Below are positions 9,645 through 18,770 of a stretch of 64,000 nt of DNA, one piece after another. Both the position numbers and the translations under genes were made by a program. The stretch is from Candidatus Hydrogenedens sp. GTDB lineage: Bacteria; Hydrogenedentota; Hydrogenedentia; Hydrogenedentales; Hydrogenedentaceae. Where the stretch lies: assembly GCA_049968235.1 (NCBI GenBank), contig JBMFRC010000001.1, forward strand, positions 1-64,000, given 5' to 3'. Under the pieces are notes generated by a model. The model had not been told where the DNA came from. It saw only the letters and a list, made by a program, of their open reading frames with translations, and ran no database searches. The first letter of the stretch is position 1. Each line of letters starts with the position of its first letter.

Positions 9645-11099
9645 ATGCCCCAAATAAAATATATGTTCTTTGGGCGAGGTCTTTTTTGCTATAATTTTTT
9701 AATATTTATAATGAGAAGAAGTTTGAATATGAACCGTAGGGATTTTTTAAAATCGAATGGATTAATGGTTTTATCATTAGCGACATGGGGAATTATGAGA
9801 AAGTGCTATGCAAATACGGAAATTCGAATAGCACCCTTTAAGGCTGATGCAACCCCTCCATTAGGAACGCCATGGTATCCAAGTTATAAACCCTTAGACA
9901 AAATTGAGCATCCCTTACTCGCAAAGGGCATTATTATTGAAGACCATCAAAACCGATATGTTCTTTGTGCAATTGATTGGTGCGAGATAATTAATGATTC
10001 TTATTACAGACTTCGAGAAATGATTGCAAATGCAGTAAAAACAGACCCAAATGCTGTATTTGTGCAGACGGTTCATCAACACACCGCACCGATGAGTAAT
10101 AATAACATATATGAAATTCTTGCAAAGATAGAAAATCCACCTCCTTTCCCCGCGAAAGAAGCCTTTGAACCATCATTTGAAAATATCGTTCAAGCAGTGG
10201 AGAAAGCAATATCTTTATTAGAACCATGCGATACGATGGAGATTGGCTCAGCCAAAGTGGAAAAGGTTGCGTCCAGTCGGCGGATACTTCAGCCGGATGG
10301 TACCTGTCTTACCCGTTTTAGTTCCTGTAAAGACCCAAAGTTAATTGAAGCACCCGAAGGACTAATTGACCCGTATCTACGGACTTTGAGTTTTAAATCA
10401 ACTAAGGGGAAACCCATCGCGAGATTGCACTTTTATGCTACACATCCGCAGAGTTTTTATGGGGATACACGAGCCAGTTATGATTTTCCGGGTATGGCAC
10501 GGGAGAAAATGGAATCAGATGAAGGTGTTCCGCATATTTATTTTACAGGCTGTGCCGGAGATATCGCCGCGGGGAAATATAACGATGGGACACCTCAAGC
10601 ACGGGAGCAATTATATCAACGAATGCTTTCCGCAATGCAAAGTTCTGTCCAGTCATTACAAAAAGACCCTGTACCTAAAATTACATTAAAAACAATACCC
10701 TTAATATTTGGGCATAGAACTGAGGGAGAATATTCGAAGGAGAATCTGGAAAAGAATTTGAATGATACGACAAAAGAGCCGAATTATCGAATTGGTTCTG
10801 CCATGGAAATTGCATGGCAAAGCCGTGCTGATACAATACCTATTCCCATTAGTGCTTTACATATCGGGAATGTGTCTATACTGCATCTGCCGGGGGAACC
10901 TATGATTGAATTTCAACTCTTTGCTCAGAAATGCACACCCAACCGCACTGTACTTGTAGGGGCGTATGGAGATTGTGGACCTTCATATATATGCACGGAA
11001 GAATCTTTCAAACAGGGAGGATATGAACCTTCTGCATCAGGTTCTCCACCATCTACCGAATGGAAACTTAAAGAAACTATTCAACAGGTACTTTCTTAG
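9645..11099 (+). CDS. Tat-exported hydrolase-like protein, paralog 1 (possibly neutral/alkaline ceramidase-like)
   Basis: Twin-arginine signal MNRRDFLKSNGLMVLSLATWG; probable true start near 9729. Motifs ADATPPLGTPWYPSY, GIIIED..RYVLCAIDWCEI, VHQHTAPM. About 60% identical to the downstream paralog. Confidence 0.5.
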   Translation: MPQIKYMFFGRGLFCYNFLIFIMRRSLNMNRRDFLKSNGLMVLSLATWGIMRKCYANTEIRIAPFKADATPPLGTPWYPSYKPLDKIEHPLLAKGIIIEDHQNRYVLCAIDWCEIINDSYYRLREMIANAVKTDPNAVFVQTVHQHTAPMSNNNIYEILAKIENPPPFPAKEAFEPSFENIVQAVEKAISLLEPCDTMEIGSAKVEKVASSRRILQPDGTCLTRFSSCKDPKLIEAPEGLIDPYLRTLSFKSTKGKPIARLHFYATHPQSFYGDTRASYDFPGMAREKMESDEGVPHIYFTGCAGDIAAGKYNDGTPQAREQLYQRMLSAMQSSVQSLQKDPVPKITLKTIPLIFGHRTEGEYSKENLEKNLNDTTKEPNYRIGSAMEIAWQSRADTIPIPISALHIGNVSILHLPGEPMIEFQLFAQKCTPNRTVLVGAYGDCGPSYICTEESFKQGGYEPSASGSPPSTEWKLKETIQQVLS

Positions 11100-11179
11100 G
11101 AACATTTGCGGGGAAAAACATATAGATGAAATTTTAGACATTTTATAAACACACAAAGAACATTTAGAGGAATTATGTC

Positions 11180-12547
11180 ATGAAGCGTCGCAGGTTTCTA
11201 CAAGTACAAACTGCAGGGATGTTATCTTTTCTCTCCGGGACATTGATGAAAAAAGCATCCGCAAATGTTTCTTTACATATTGCCCCGTTCAAATGTGATG
11301 CTACTCTACCATTGGGGACACCGTGGTATCCCAGTTATAAGCCTCTGGATACAATTGAACATCCTTTGCTTGCAAAAGGAATAATTATTGAATCGGAAAA
11401 ACAAAGATATGTATTGTGTGCAATTGATTGGTGTGAAATTACAAATCGTTCATATTATCGTTTATGCGAATTAATTGCAAATACGGTCAAAACAGAACCG
11501 CATGCTGTTTTTATTCACACGGTTCATCAACATACTGCTCCGATGTGTGATGAATCTGCCTTTGATATTATTAGTACAATTCCAAATCCACCACCTTGCC
11601 CTAAAAATGAAGTTTTCGAGGACATTTTTAAAAGAATTCTTCAATCTGTTGAAAACGCCTTGTCACAATTAACTCCATGTAATTCGTTGGAAATGGGTAA
11701 AGCAAAAATAGAAAAAGTCGCATCCAATCGCCGTGTTATCATGCCCGATGGTAAAATAGCCACTCGTTCCAGTTCATGTAAAGACCCAAAACTCATTGAA
11801 GCGGAAGAAGGATTAATAGACCCCTTTTTACGGACTTTAAGTTTTACATCAAAGGGGGGCAAACCTATTGCTCGATTACATTATTACGCTACACATCCAC
11901 AGAGTTTTTATTGGGACCCACGAGCCAGTTATGATTTTCCGGGCATGGCTCGTGAAGAAATGGAACAGACAGAAGGAATCCCTCATATTTACTTTACAGG
12001 CTGTGGTGGTGATGTTGCCTGTGGTAAATATAACGATGGTTCTACGGAAGCACGCCACCATTTATACCAGCGAATGTTAGAAGGTATGCAGAAATCGATA
12101 CAGTCATTACAAAAGGATATTATTACAGAACCAAATCTCCAAGTTACTTCTGTTTTCCTAAAACCTTCTGATGAAAAACATCATAGTAGAGAATATTTGG
12201 AACAATTAATGAATGATGGAGCGCAAAAACCCCATGTTCGGATAGATTCTGCAATGGAGTTAGCATGGAAAAATCGTTCATCACAACCGATACCTATTGC
12301 CTGTCTGCATTTTGGTAATGTGTCAATTTTAAGTTTACCCGGTGAACCCATGGTGGATTTTCAATTATACGCCCAACAATGTGCTGAAAAACATCATGTT
12401 CTTGTGGCAGGTTATGGAGATTGTGGACCGTCCTATATTTGCACAGAGAAATCGTTCAAAGAAGGGGGTTATGAACCCTATGCTTCACATGTCATTCCCC
12501 TATCCGAAAAAACACTAAAATCTGCAATAGAAAGAGTAATTTCTTAA
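11180..12547 (+). CDS. Tat-exported hydrolase-like protein, paralog 2
   Basis: MKRRRFLQVQTAGMLSFLSG is a Tat signal. Colinear with 9645-11099 (IAPFKCDATLPLGTPWYPSYKPLDTIEHPLLAKGIIIE...). Confidence 0.5.
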   Translation: MKRRRFLQVQTAGMLSFLSGTLMKKASANVSLHIAPFKCDATLPLGTPWYPSYKPLDTIEHPLLAKGIIIESEKQRYVLCAIDWCEITNRSYYRLCELIANTVKTEPHAVFIHTVHQHTAPMCDESAFDIISTIPNPPPCPKNEVFEDIFKRILQSVENALSQLTPCNSLEMGKAKIEKVASNRRVIMPDGKIATRSSSCKDPKLIEAEEGLIDPFLRTLSFTSKGGKPIARLHYYATHPQSFYWDPRASYDFPGMAREEMEQTEGIPHIYFTGCGGDVACGKYNDGSTEARHHLYQRMLEGMQKSIQSLQKDIITEPNLQVTSVFLKPSDEKHHSREYLEQLMNDGAQKPHVRIDSAMELAWKNRSSQPIPIACLHFGNVSILSLPGEPMVDFQLYAQQCAEKHHVLVAGYGDCGPSYICTEKSFKEGGYEPYASHVIPLSEKTLKSAIERVIS

Positions 12548-12622
12548 AAAGTATTCGATCAATTTGTATTCAAATTTTTTCTTTTTATATTTCTGTATAA
12601 TCTGTATAATTACAAACAAATT

Positions 12623-13987
12623 TTGAATGAAATAAGTAAGTATATGAATAACCCATTGGTGCGTGTTCTGGTATTAAATTGGAATGGAATGGAACATCTG
12701 GAAGAATGTTTTTCGTCCCTGATAAAGGGGTGTCAACGCGAGGATGTAGAATTTGTCCTTTTAGATAATGCCAGTACGGATGAATCCGTATCTTTTGTGC
12801 AGGAACAGTTCGGTAATGACCCGCGTGTAGTTACGGAATGTCTGGATAAAAACTATGGCTGGGCAGGAGGAAATAATCGGGGAATTATAAAATCTATTGA
12901 GAAGAGGGCAAAATATATTTTTCTACTGAATAATGACACAAAAGTAGAGCAGAATTGTATAGAAAATCTAATTGAAATGTCTGAGGCGAACCCGCATATT
13001 GGTGGGCTGGCTCCCAAAATGCTTCTTTATAGCCAGCCCTGGCTTTTAAACTCGATAGGATTGGAATGTTCTATCATAGGCTCTGCATGGGACCGTGGCT
13101 TGGGTCGCGTAAATAATGAACGATGGGATAATATAGAAGAAGTCATCGGTATTTGTGGTGGTGCAATGTGGTTAAGGTCAGATGTGTTAATACAAACGGG
13201 ATATTTACCTGAGGAATTCTCGATTTACCTTGATGACCTGGATTTGTGTCTACGTATCTGGGATGCGGGCTATCGAATATTGACCTGCCCAAACGCTATT
13301 GTCCGGCATAAGTTCAGTGCTACATGGGAAAGTTCACCCGACAAGGGAAAACATAAGTATTTTTTGAATACTCGAAATCGCTTTTACCTTATGGAACGAA
13401 ATTTTCCTATTAGTAAAATTTTTAGTATATTGTTATGGACAAAATGGGGAGAAATAAAATCTATAGGAAATGCTATTCGAAAAACAGAATTCTGGCGAAT
13501 ACAAAAACATATTCAGTCATGGATTGAAGCAGTTCGATATATCCCTGAAGCAAGGAGATATAGAAAGGCAAAAACAATCAAAACTCAGGAATATAGCAAT
13601 TTGCCTCCTTATTGGCATTTGATACAGAAAAAAATCTTGTTTTGTCCAGAGATTGAACTTCCTGTAAAAGGCTGGTATAAACCCGTTTCTATCTCTGGGG
13701 AAAAATTTTTTCCCATGAGCAAGTATGCAGAACTAAAACATAGAGGAGGGGCTTTTTCTTTTATATGTGGGAATATTACTCCAGAAAAAACTGAGATTCA
13801 AATTGATATAAAGTATAATGGGGAACTCGTAGGCAATATTAGAACAACAGAATTAAAAAAATATTCTTTTGAGTTGCCTGCAGGGATAATAATATTTGAA
13901 GCAAAACATATATTGGAAATGGAACAAACGGGGGAGCCTTATGATATAGGAGGTTGGTTCCAGTTTGAAAATTTACTTCCTTTATAG
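12623..13987 (+). CDS. Family 2 glycosyltransferase
   Basis: VLVLNWNGMEHLEECFSSL...LLDNASTDESV and DDLDLCLR are GT2 (GT-A) motifs with a DxD-like element. Confidence 0.7.
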   Translation: MNEISKYMNNPLVRVLVLNWNGMEHLEECFSSLIKGCQREDVEFVLLDNASTDESVSFVQEQFGNDPRVVTECLDKNYGWAGGNNRGIIKSIEKRAKYIFLLNNDTKVEQNCIENLIEMSEANPHIGGLAPKMLLYSQPWLLNSIGLECSIIGSAWDRGLGRVNNERWDNIEEVIGICGGAMWLRSDVLIQTGYLPEEFSIYLDDLDLCLRIWDAGYRILTCPNAIVRHKFSATWESSPDKGKHKYFLNTRNRFYLMERNFPISKIFSILLWTKWGEIKSIGNAIRKTEFWRIQKHIQSWIEAVRYIPEARRYRKAKTIKTQEYSNLPPYWHLIQKKILFCPEIELPVKGWYKPVSISGEKFFPMSKYAELKHRGGAFSFICGNITPEKTEIQIDIKYNGELVGNIRTTELKKYSFELPAGIIIFEAKHILEMEQTGEPYDIGGWFQFENLLPL

Positions 13988-14036
13988 ATTTTTATAATAT
14001 TACAAGATATATGAAAATGAATAAGGATATAAGGTA

Positions 14037-16400
14037 ATGCTGAAAGAAAATAAAAAATCACAGACTTTGAAAAATCTCTTCTGGCGGAATTTTTTCCTTT
14101 TTTTTATTCTTATCATCGTAATCGGTGTTTCATGGTGGTTTGGTTCAATCGCGGGGAAATATTCGCTCCATGATTTGATAACGAAACCATTACCACCAGT
14201 TCCACCCAAAGAAGCAATGAAAGAAAAAGAGCAAAATAAAGAGGAGACTCCTCCTTTTTTTATATATGTGGGCGGAGAGCCTTGTAGCGAAGTCGCTCAA
14301 AAAGAGTTTATGCATGCAAAGGAAGCAGGAATTGTTAATTATATTATCGATGTTCCATTTCCATGGAGGGGTTCGGATGATTTACCGGAATTGTTTCGTA
14401 TTCTTCAATGTATTAATGATGTTGACCCTCATGGGAAGTATTGGATTTATCTGGACCTGAATCCTCCTAATTTCTGGTTTTCAGGTAAGAAATCCGCCAA
14501 TATGATAGTTAATGGAGAGATTCAACCTTATGCTTGTTTTAATGCTCCATCGTGGAAAAAAGCAATTGAAGAATCTTTTGTTTTGTTAATAAGTAGTCTT
14601 CGCTCTTCCAAAATTGGTGGACAGGTAGGTGGATATATTTTAGGATTTCTAAAGAATCGCTGGTGGATTTCGCCGGGATTGGACGAGTCGGAGTTTTCTC
14701 TAACAAATTTTAATAAGTGGATACAAAATCATTATCCCTCAGCAGAAGAGCGTATTCAATTATTCGGAGCGGATACACTTGAACCTTCACTTATTCTTGA
14801 TGGATTGCACAAAGAAACCGGGACATCCTCCAACTACTTAAATCCTGTGGAACATCGTATTTTAATAAACTACCGTCGTTTTTTCAATGAGAGTCTGGCA
14901 AATAGTATTGGTTTCTGTGCCATGACATTAAGGCAGTTACTTCAGGATACAAAAGCAAAGATTTATATTCCGTATGGGCTGAATATGGAGACAGCAGATA
15001 CAGCAACAGGGCAATTTTCATTAGATTCAATAGTAGAAAGTGATGTAGATGGCTTTATTCTTCCCATATCTTACATAAATCGGGGATTGGGTGAATCGGG
15101 AGGACCCTCAGGGACAATAGAAACTTTATCTCTTCATGGGAAAGATGTCTTACTTTTTGATGATACCCGAACCGGTATTTCCTTTGATGCTTCAACTCGA
15201 CAAATAGTACGGGTAAAAGGAGTGCGGGCAGAAAATATTTTTGCGGTTCAAAAACGAAATATGGGGTTGGCTCTTGTTCATAATGCTGGTTTGATATGGA
15301 CAGACCCGGAAGGGAAGGGGTGGCTTTTGGATGTAGAACAATGGGATTTGTTTGAAAAAATGATACAAATTTCAACTCGAATTCTAACTCAGGAGGGTAA
15401 ATTGCAAAAACTGCGACTTCAACCCCGAAAGATACATGGAGTCCCTAATGAAAATGCAATAACGGAAGACCATATACTACCCCGTTTGCAGGTAGGAAAG
15501 TTCAACACCGAGGAAGTGCAAACAGAATATCCTCCTGTAGTTCCGTCAGAAAATATTCTCTGGGAACCTCTGGCTATGATTATTGATGAGCGGGCAATGC
15601 ACCTGCTTAGCCCAAAAGGGATTGAATTCTACTCGTCAAGTATCGCTAATGTTCGTGACCAACTTTTGAAAGTGGGTTTGCCCATAGAATTTTATCTCAT
15701 GCAAGATTTACTTGATGAACGTATTCCAAAAAAACTGATTTATTTTATTTTCAATCTTTATCCACCAACGGAAAAAGAAATTCAAACTTTACATCGTATT
15801 TTTGAAACAGATAAATCCATAGTAATATGGTATTACCTGCCTACATGGGGAATAGATACCGATAATGCAGAACTTGTTCGCCAGTTAACACAAATTGACG
15901 CAAAACTATTTGACACAGATATATCTGCAGGTTCTGTTTTAGAACTGGAAGGGAGATGGATAAATAAAGGAGACGCTTTTGGTGAACCTATATCTGTTTC
16001 GCCATTATTTTATATCGAAGATGAAAATGCAGATGTAATTGCTCGATACCAATCAAACGGTAAACCCAGTATTGCAGTTAAAACCATAAATGATAAGTGG
16101 GTATCTGTTTTTTATGCAGAACCTACCGTAAATCACCTTGCTATGCGTGAAATTCTTTCTATTTTAGAGGTGCCTACTGCTATTGCAGAAGGAAGTGTTG
16201 CGACACAGGATACACTTCTGGTTGGAACAAATATGCTGGTTCTACATACCAAAGGAATTGGAGACCGTATCTTACAATTCAACCAATTTTTGAACATTGA
16301 AAATTTATTTCAACCTGAACAAAAATGGTTTGAACGGGAAACACTTCTTCTATCTTTGGGTAGTGGAGAAACCGTATTTTTATTTTTCCAACCCCAATAA
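14037..16400 (+). CDS. Hypothetical 787-aa membrane-anchored protein (N-terminal TM, large extracytoplasmic domain)
   Basis: Single N-terminal hydrophobic helix FFLFFILIIVIGVSWWF. No recognisable motif. Sits between the GT2 and the oxidoreductase. Confidence 0.4.
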   Translation: MLKENKKSQTLKNLFWRNFFLFFILIIVIGVSWWFGSIAGKYSLHDLITKPLPPVPPKEAMKEKEQNKEETPPFFIYVGGEPCSEVAQKEFMHAKEAGIVNYIIDVPFPWRGSDDLPELFRILQCINDVDPHGKYWIYLDLNPPNFWFSGKKSANMIVNGEIQPYACFNAPSWKKAIEESFVLLISSLRSSKIGGQVGGYILGFLKNRWWISPGLDESEFSLTNFNKWIQNHYPSAEERIQLFGADTLEPSLILDGLHKETGTSSNYLNPVEHRILINYRRFFNESLANSIGFCAMTLRQLLQDTKAKIYIPYGLNMETADTATGQFSLDSIVESDVDGFILPISYINRGLGESGGPSGTIETLSLHGKDVLLFDDTRTGISFDASTRQIVRVKGVRAENIFAVQKRNMGLALVHNAGLIWTDPEGKGWLLDVEQWDLFEKMIQISTRILTQEGKLQKLRLQPRKIHGVPNENAITEDHILPRLQVGKFNTEEVQTEYPPVVPSENILWEPLAMIIDERAMHLLSPKGIEFYSSSIANVRDQLLKVGLPIEFYLMQDLLDERIPKKLIYFIFNLYPPTEKEIQTLHRIFETDKSIVIWYYLPTWGIDTDNAELVRQLTQIDAKLFDTDISAGSVLELEGRWINKGDAFGEPISVSPLFYIEDENADVIARYQSNGKPSIAVKTINDKWVSVFYAEPTVNHLAMREILSILEVPTAIAEGSVATQDTLLVGTNMLVLHTKGIGDRILQFNQFLNIENLFQPEQKWFERETLLLSLGSGETVFLFFQPQ

Positions 16401-16494
16401 AAACGAAACCAGAACGAATGAAAATGGTCTTTTTTATTTAGTATAATAGATAAACATATTTTTTTTGAACCTAAAATAATAAGGAGATTTTACA

Positions 16495-17802
16495 ATGACA
16501 CATTTATCAAGAAGAAGTTTCTTGAAAAGCACCGCGGTATTAGTTGCAGGAACTATGGCTGCAGGAAAAGTTTTCGGAGCCAATGACCGTATTGGAATTT
16601 GTACTATCGGATTTAATGGACAAGGTGGAAATCATATTAAAGACATTTTAGAAAAATCAAATGAAGCAGAAATAGTAGCTTTATGTGATGTTGATAAACG
16701 AGTACTGGAACGGATGGTTAAGATGGTGGGCTCTAAACAGGGCAAAACTCCGAAGGCTTATGAAGATTTTCGGGAAGCGGTCCAAGACCCGAATGTACAC
16801 GCTATCACCATTGCAACACCCAATCATACACATACATTGATTACAGTTACAGGATGCAAAGCGGGTAAAGATGTATATGTAGAAAAACCGTTATCGCACA
16901 ATATCTGGGAAGGCACACAATTGGTAGAAGCATCTAAAAAATATAATCGCATTGTTCAACATGGGACACAAAGCCGTTCCGATAACACATTAATTCGCGA
17001 CATTGGATTAATCCATAAAGGTTTTATTGGTAAAATCATGCATTCCCGTGGATATGTGTATAAGAATGGAAATCGTTTTGCGATAGGTCATGGTGAGCCA
17101 GGAACACCACCGGACTATCTAAATTGGACATTATGGCAGGGGACATCTCCTGACCATCCCTTTATGAAAAACAAAGACCGAAAAGATAAGCCCGGTTTAT
17201 ATGTGCATTATGATTGGCACTGGTTCTGGGAATATGGAAATGGTGAAATTGGAAATCAGGGTGTGCATGAAATGGATATAGCCTGCTGGGGACATAATCG
17301 AGGATTGCCCGTTAAAGTATATAGCACAGGTGGAAGATACGGCTGGGACGATGATGGACAAACACCTAATACTCAGGCAACATCATTTACTTATGAAGAC
17401 GGTTCTATGATTACATTTGAAGTCCGTAATTTAGGTTCATTCCAGGAAGCCGATGGCGGTGATTGTGGAAATAGTTTCTTCGGGACAGACGGGTACTATG
17501 TTCGTAGAAAAGGTTTCTTTGATTATAAGAATAAGCCCATTCCTGTGAATGACCCGTTACCCGAAGATTTAGATAAATGGGACCGTTTCTTCCGTGCTAT
17601 TCGTTCTCGTAAGGAAGAAGATTTGCCAGTCACTCCGTATGATGCTCATATTTCATGTGTGCATTGTCATCTGGGTAATGTTGCATATCGTGTGGGACGT
17701 TCTTTAGAATTTGACCCGAAAACGCTGACATTTAAAGATGAAGAAGCTAACAAACTGGTTAAACGCGAACATTATAGAGAAGGTTTTGAACCTGTTGCAT
17801 AA
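16495..17802 (+). CDS. Gfo/Idh/MocA-family oxidoreductase with Tat signal
   Basis: MTHLSRRSFLKSTAVLVAGTMAAG is a Tat signal. IGICTIGFNGQGGNHI Rossmann start and EKPLSHN match Gfo/Idh/MocA motifs. Confidence 0.75.
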   Translation: MTHLSRRSFLKSTAVLVAGTMAAGKVFGANDRIGICTIGFNGQGGNHIKDILEKSNEAEIVALCDVDKRVLERMVKMVGSKQGKTPKAYEDFREAVQDPNVHAITIATPNHTHTLITVTGCKAGKDVYVEKPLSHNIWEGTQLVEASKKYNRIVQHGTQSRSDNTLIRDIGLIHKGFIGKIMHSRGYVYKNGNRFAIGHGEPGTPPDYLNWTLWQGTSPDHPFMKNKDRKDKPGLYVHYDWHWFWEYGNGEIGNQGVHEMDIACWGHNRGLPVKVYSTGGRYGWDDDGQTPNTQATSFTYEDGSMITFEVRNLGSFQEADGGDCGNSFFGTDGYYVRRKGFFDYKNKPIPVNDPLPEDLDKWDRFFRAIRSRKEEDLPVTPYDAHISCVHCHLGNVAYRVGRSLEFDPKTLTFKDEEANKLVKREHYREGFEPVA

Positions 17803-17814
17803 TCATTAAATTCC

Positions 17815-17858
17815 TTTTGGGGATATGGTAAAAAAAATAATCATATCCCCCAAAAATG
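17815..17858. terminator. Hairpin terminator after the oxidoreductase gene
   Basis: ttttggggatatgg-taaaaaaaataat-catatccccaaaa gives a 12-13 bp stem flanked by A/T runs. Confidence 0.6.
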
Positions 17859-17860
17859 AC

Positions 17861-17889
17861 TTGACATTAGGTTTTAAATGTGGTAATAT
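17861..17889 (+). promoter_or_regulatory. Near-consensus sigma70-type promoter (TTGACA-N17-TAATAT)
   Basis: ttgaca at 17861-17866, a 17-nt spacer, and taatat at 17884-17889. Strong SD aaggaga 7 nt before the GTG at 17957. Confidence 0.6.
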
Positions 17890-17956
17890 ATTAATAGTTA
17901 AATACGCAGGTATAATTGAATAACAACAAATATCTCTAACAACAAGGAGACAAACA

Positions 17957-18166
17957 GTGAAAAAATTAGTAGCATTAACACTCGTAGTTCTGTTAGCCCT
18001 CTGCAGTATGGTTGCATTTGCCGACGGAACGTCCTCCACACAGCAGACACAGGTGAGGCAGGTAAGAGGTCTTGCTGGTGGTGCTGGTGGCACTGGTGGT
18101 ATTGCAGGACTTAGTGGTGGTGGTTCTGCTGCAGGTGGAGCAGATATTACCGTTGCTCGTTATTAA
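17957..18166 (+). CDS. Small secreted Gly-rich peptide (signal peptide plus about 47-aa mature region)
   Basis: GTG start with strong SD. MKKLVALTLVVLLALCSMVAFA | DGTSSTQQTQVRQVRGLAGGAGGTGGIAGLSGGGSAAGGADITVARY. Confidence 0.55.
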   Translation: MKKLVALTLVVLLALCSMVAFADGTSSTQQTQVRQVRGLAGGAGGTGGIAGLSGGGSAAGGADITVARY

Positions 18167-18246
18167 TCATCGTATTACAGAATACTAAAATAATAAATTT
18201 AATCTGATAAGGGGATAGGGGGGTTTTTTATTTATCAAATAATTAT

Positions 18247-18325
18247 CGGGGTGTAGCTCAGTCCGGTTTAGAGCGCTTGGTTCGGGACCAAGAGGCCGGT
18301 GGTTCAAATCCACTCACCCCGACCA
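18247..18325 (+). tRNA. tRNA-Pro (anticodon CGG), CCA encoded
   Basis: Cloverleaf with acceptor CGGGGTG/CACCCCG, anticodon loop TTCGGGA, T-loop GGTTCAAATCC, then CCA. Confidence 0.85.
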
Positions 18326-18571
18326 TAGGTATTTAGAAAAGATAAAACATTTAAGAAAGGTTATTATATCTCCTTATATATTGTAAAAGAAAAGAATGTT
18401 TAATAGATTTAATTTTGTAATTAATTTCCTTCTCTTTTTATCTCATTTTATCTTATAAATAAAATTGTATCTGTTTCACTTTATTTTTTCTTTCTATAAT
18501 TCATGAATAAAAGATAATCAGGTATTTGTAGAGAAGTAATATACAAAATATAAAAACATAATATTTATATT

Positions 18572-18742
18572 TTAATCAGAACTATTTTTTACCTTATCCA
18601 GGATTTTTACAATCAAGTCAAATAGAGAGCCTAACATTTTAATCCCATTATTCCACACTTCTATTTGTTGTTGTTTTTCAAGTGTTGAATCTGCCTGCTG
18701 AGGGGCAATTTTTAAATGGGTTGTTGTTTGAATATGTTTCAT
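18572..18742 (-). CDS. Possible small protein (56 aa) with amphipathic C-terminal helix, downstream of the porin gene
   Basis: GGAG SD 6 nt before the ATG. MKHIQTTTHLKIAPQQADSTLEKQQQIEVWNNGIKMLGSLFDLIVKILDKVKNSSD. Confidence 0.3.
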   Translation of the reverse strand: MKHIQTTTHLKIAPQQADSTLEKQQQIEVWNNGIKMLGSLFDLIVKILDKVKNSSD

Positions 18743-18770
18743 ATCTTACTCCTTTTTGGTTCTATATAAA

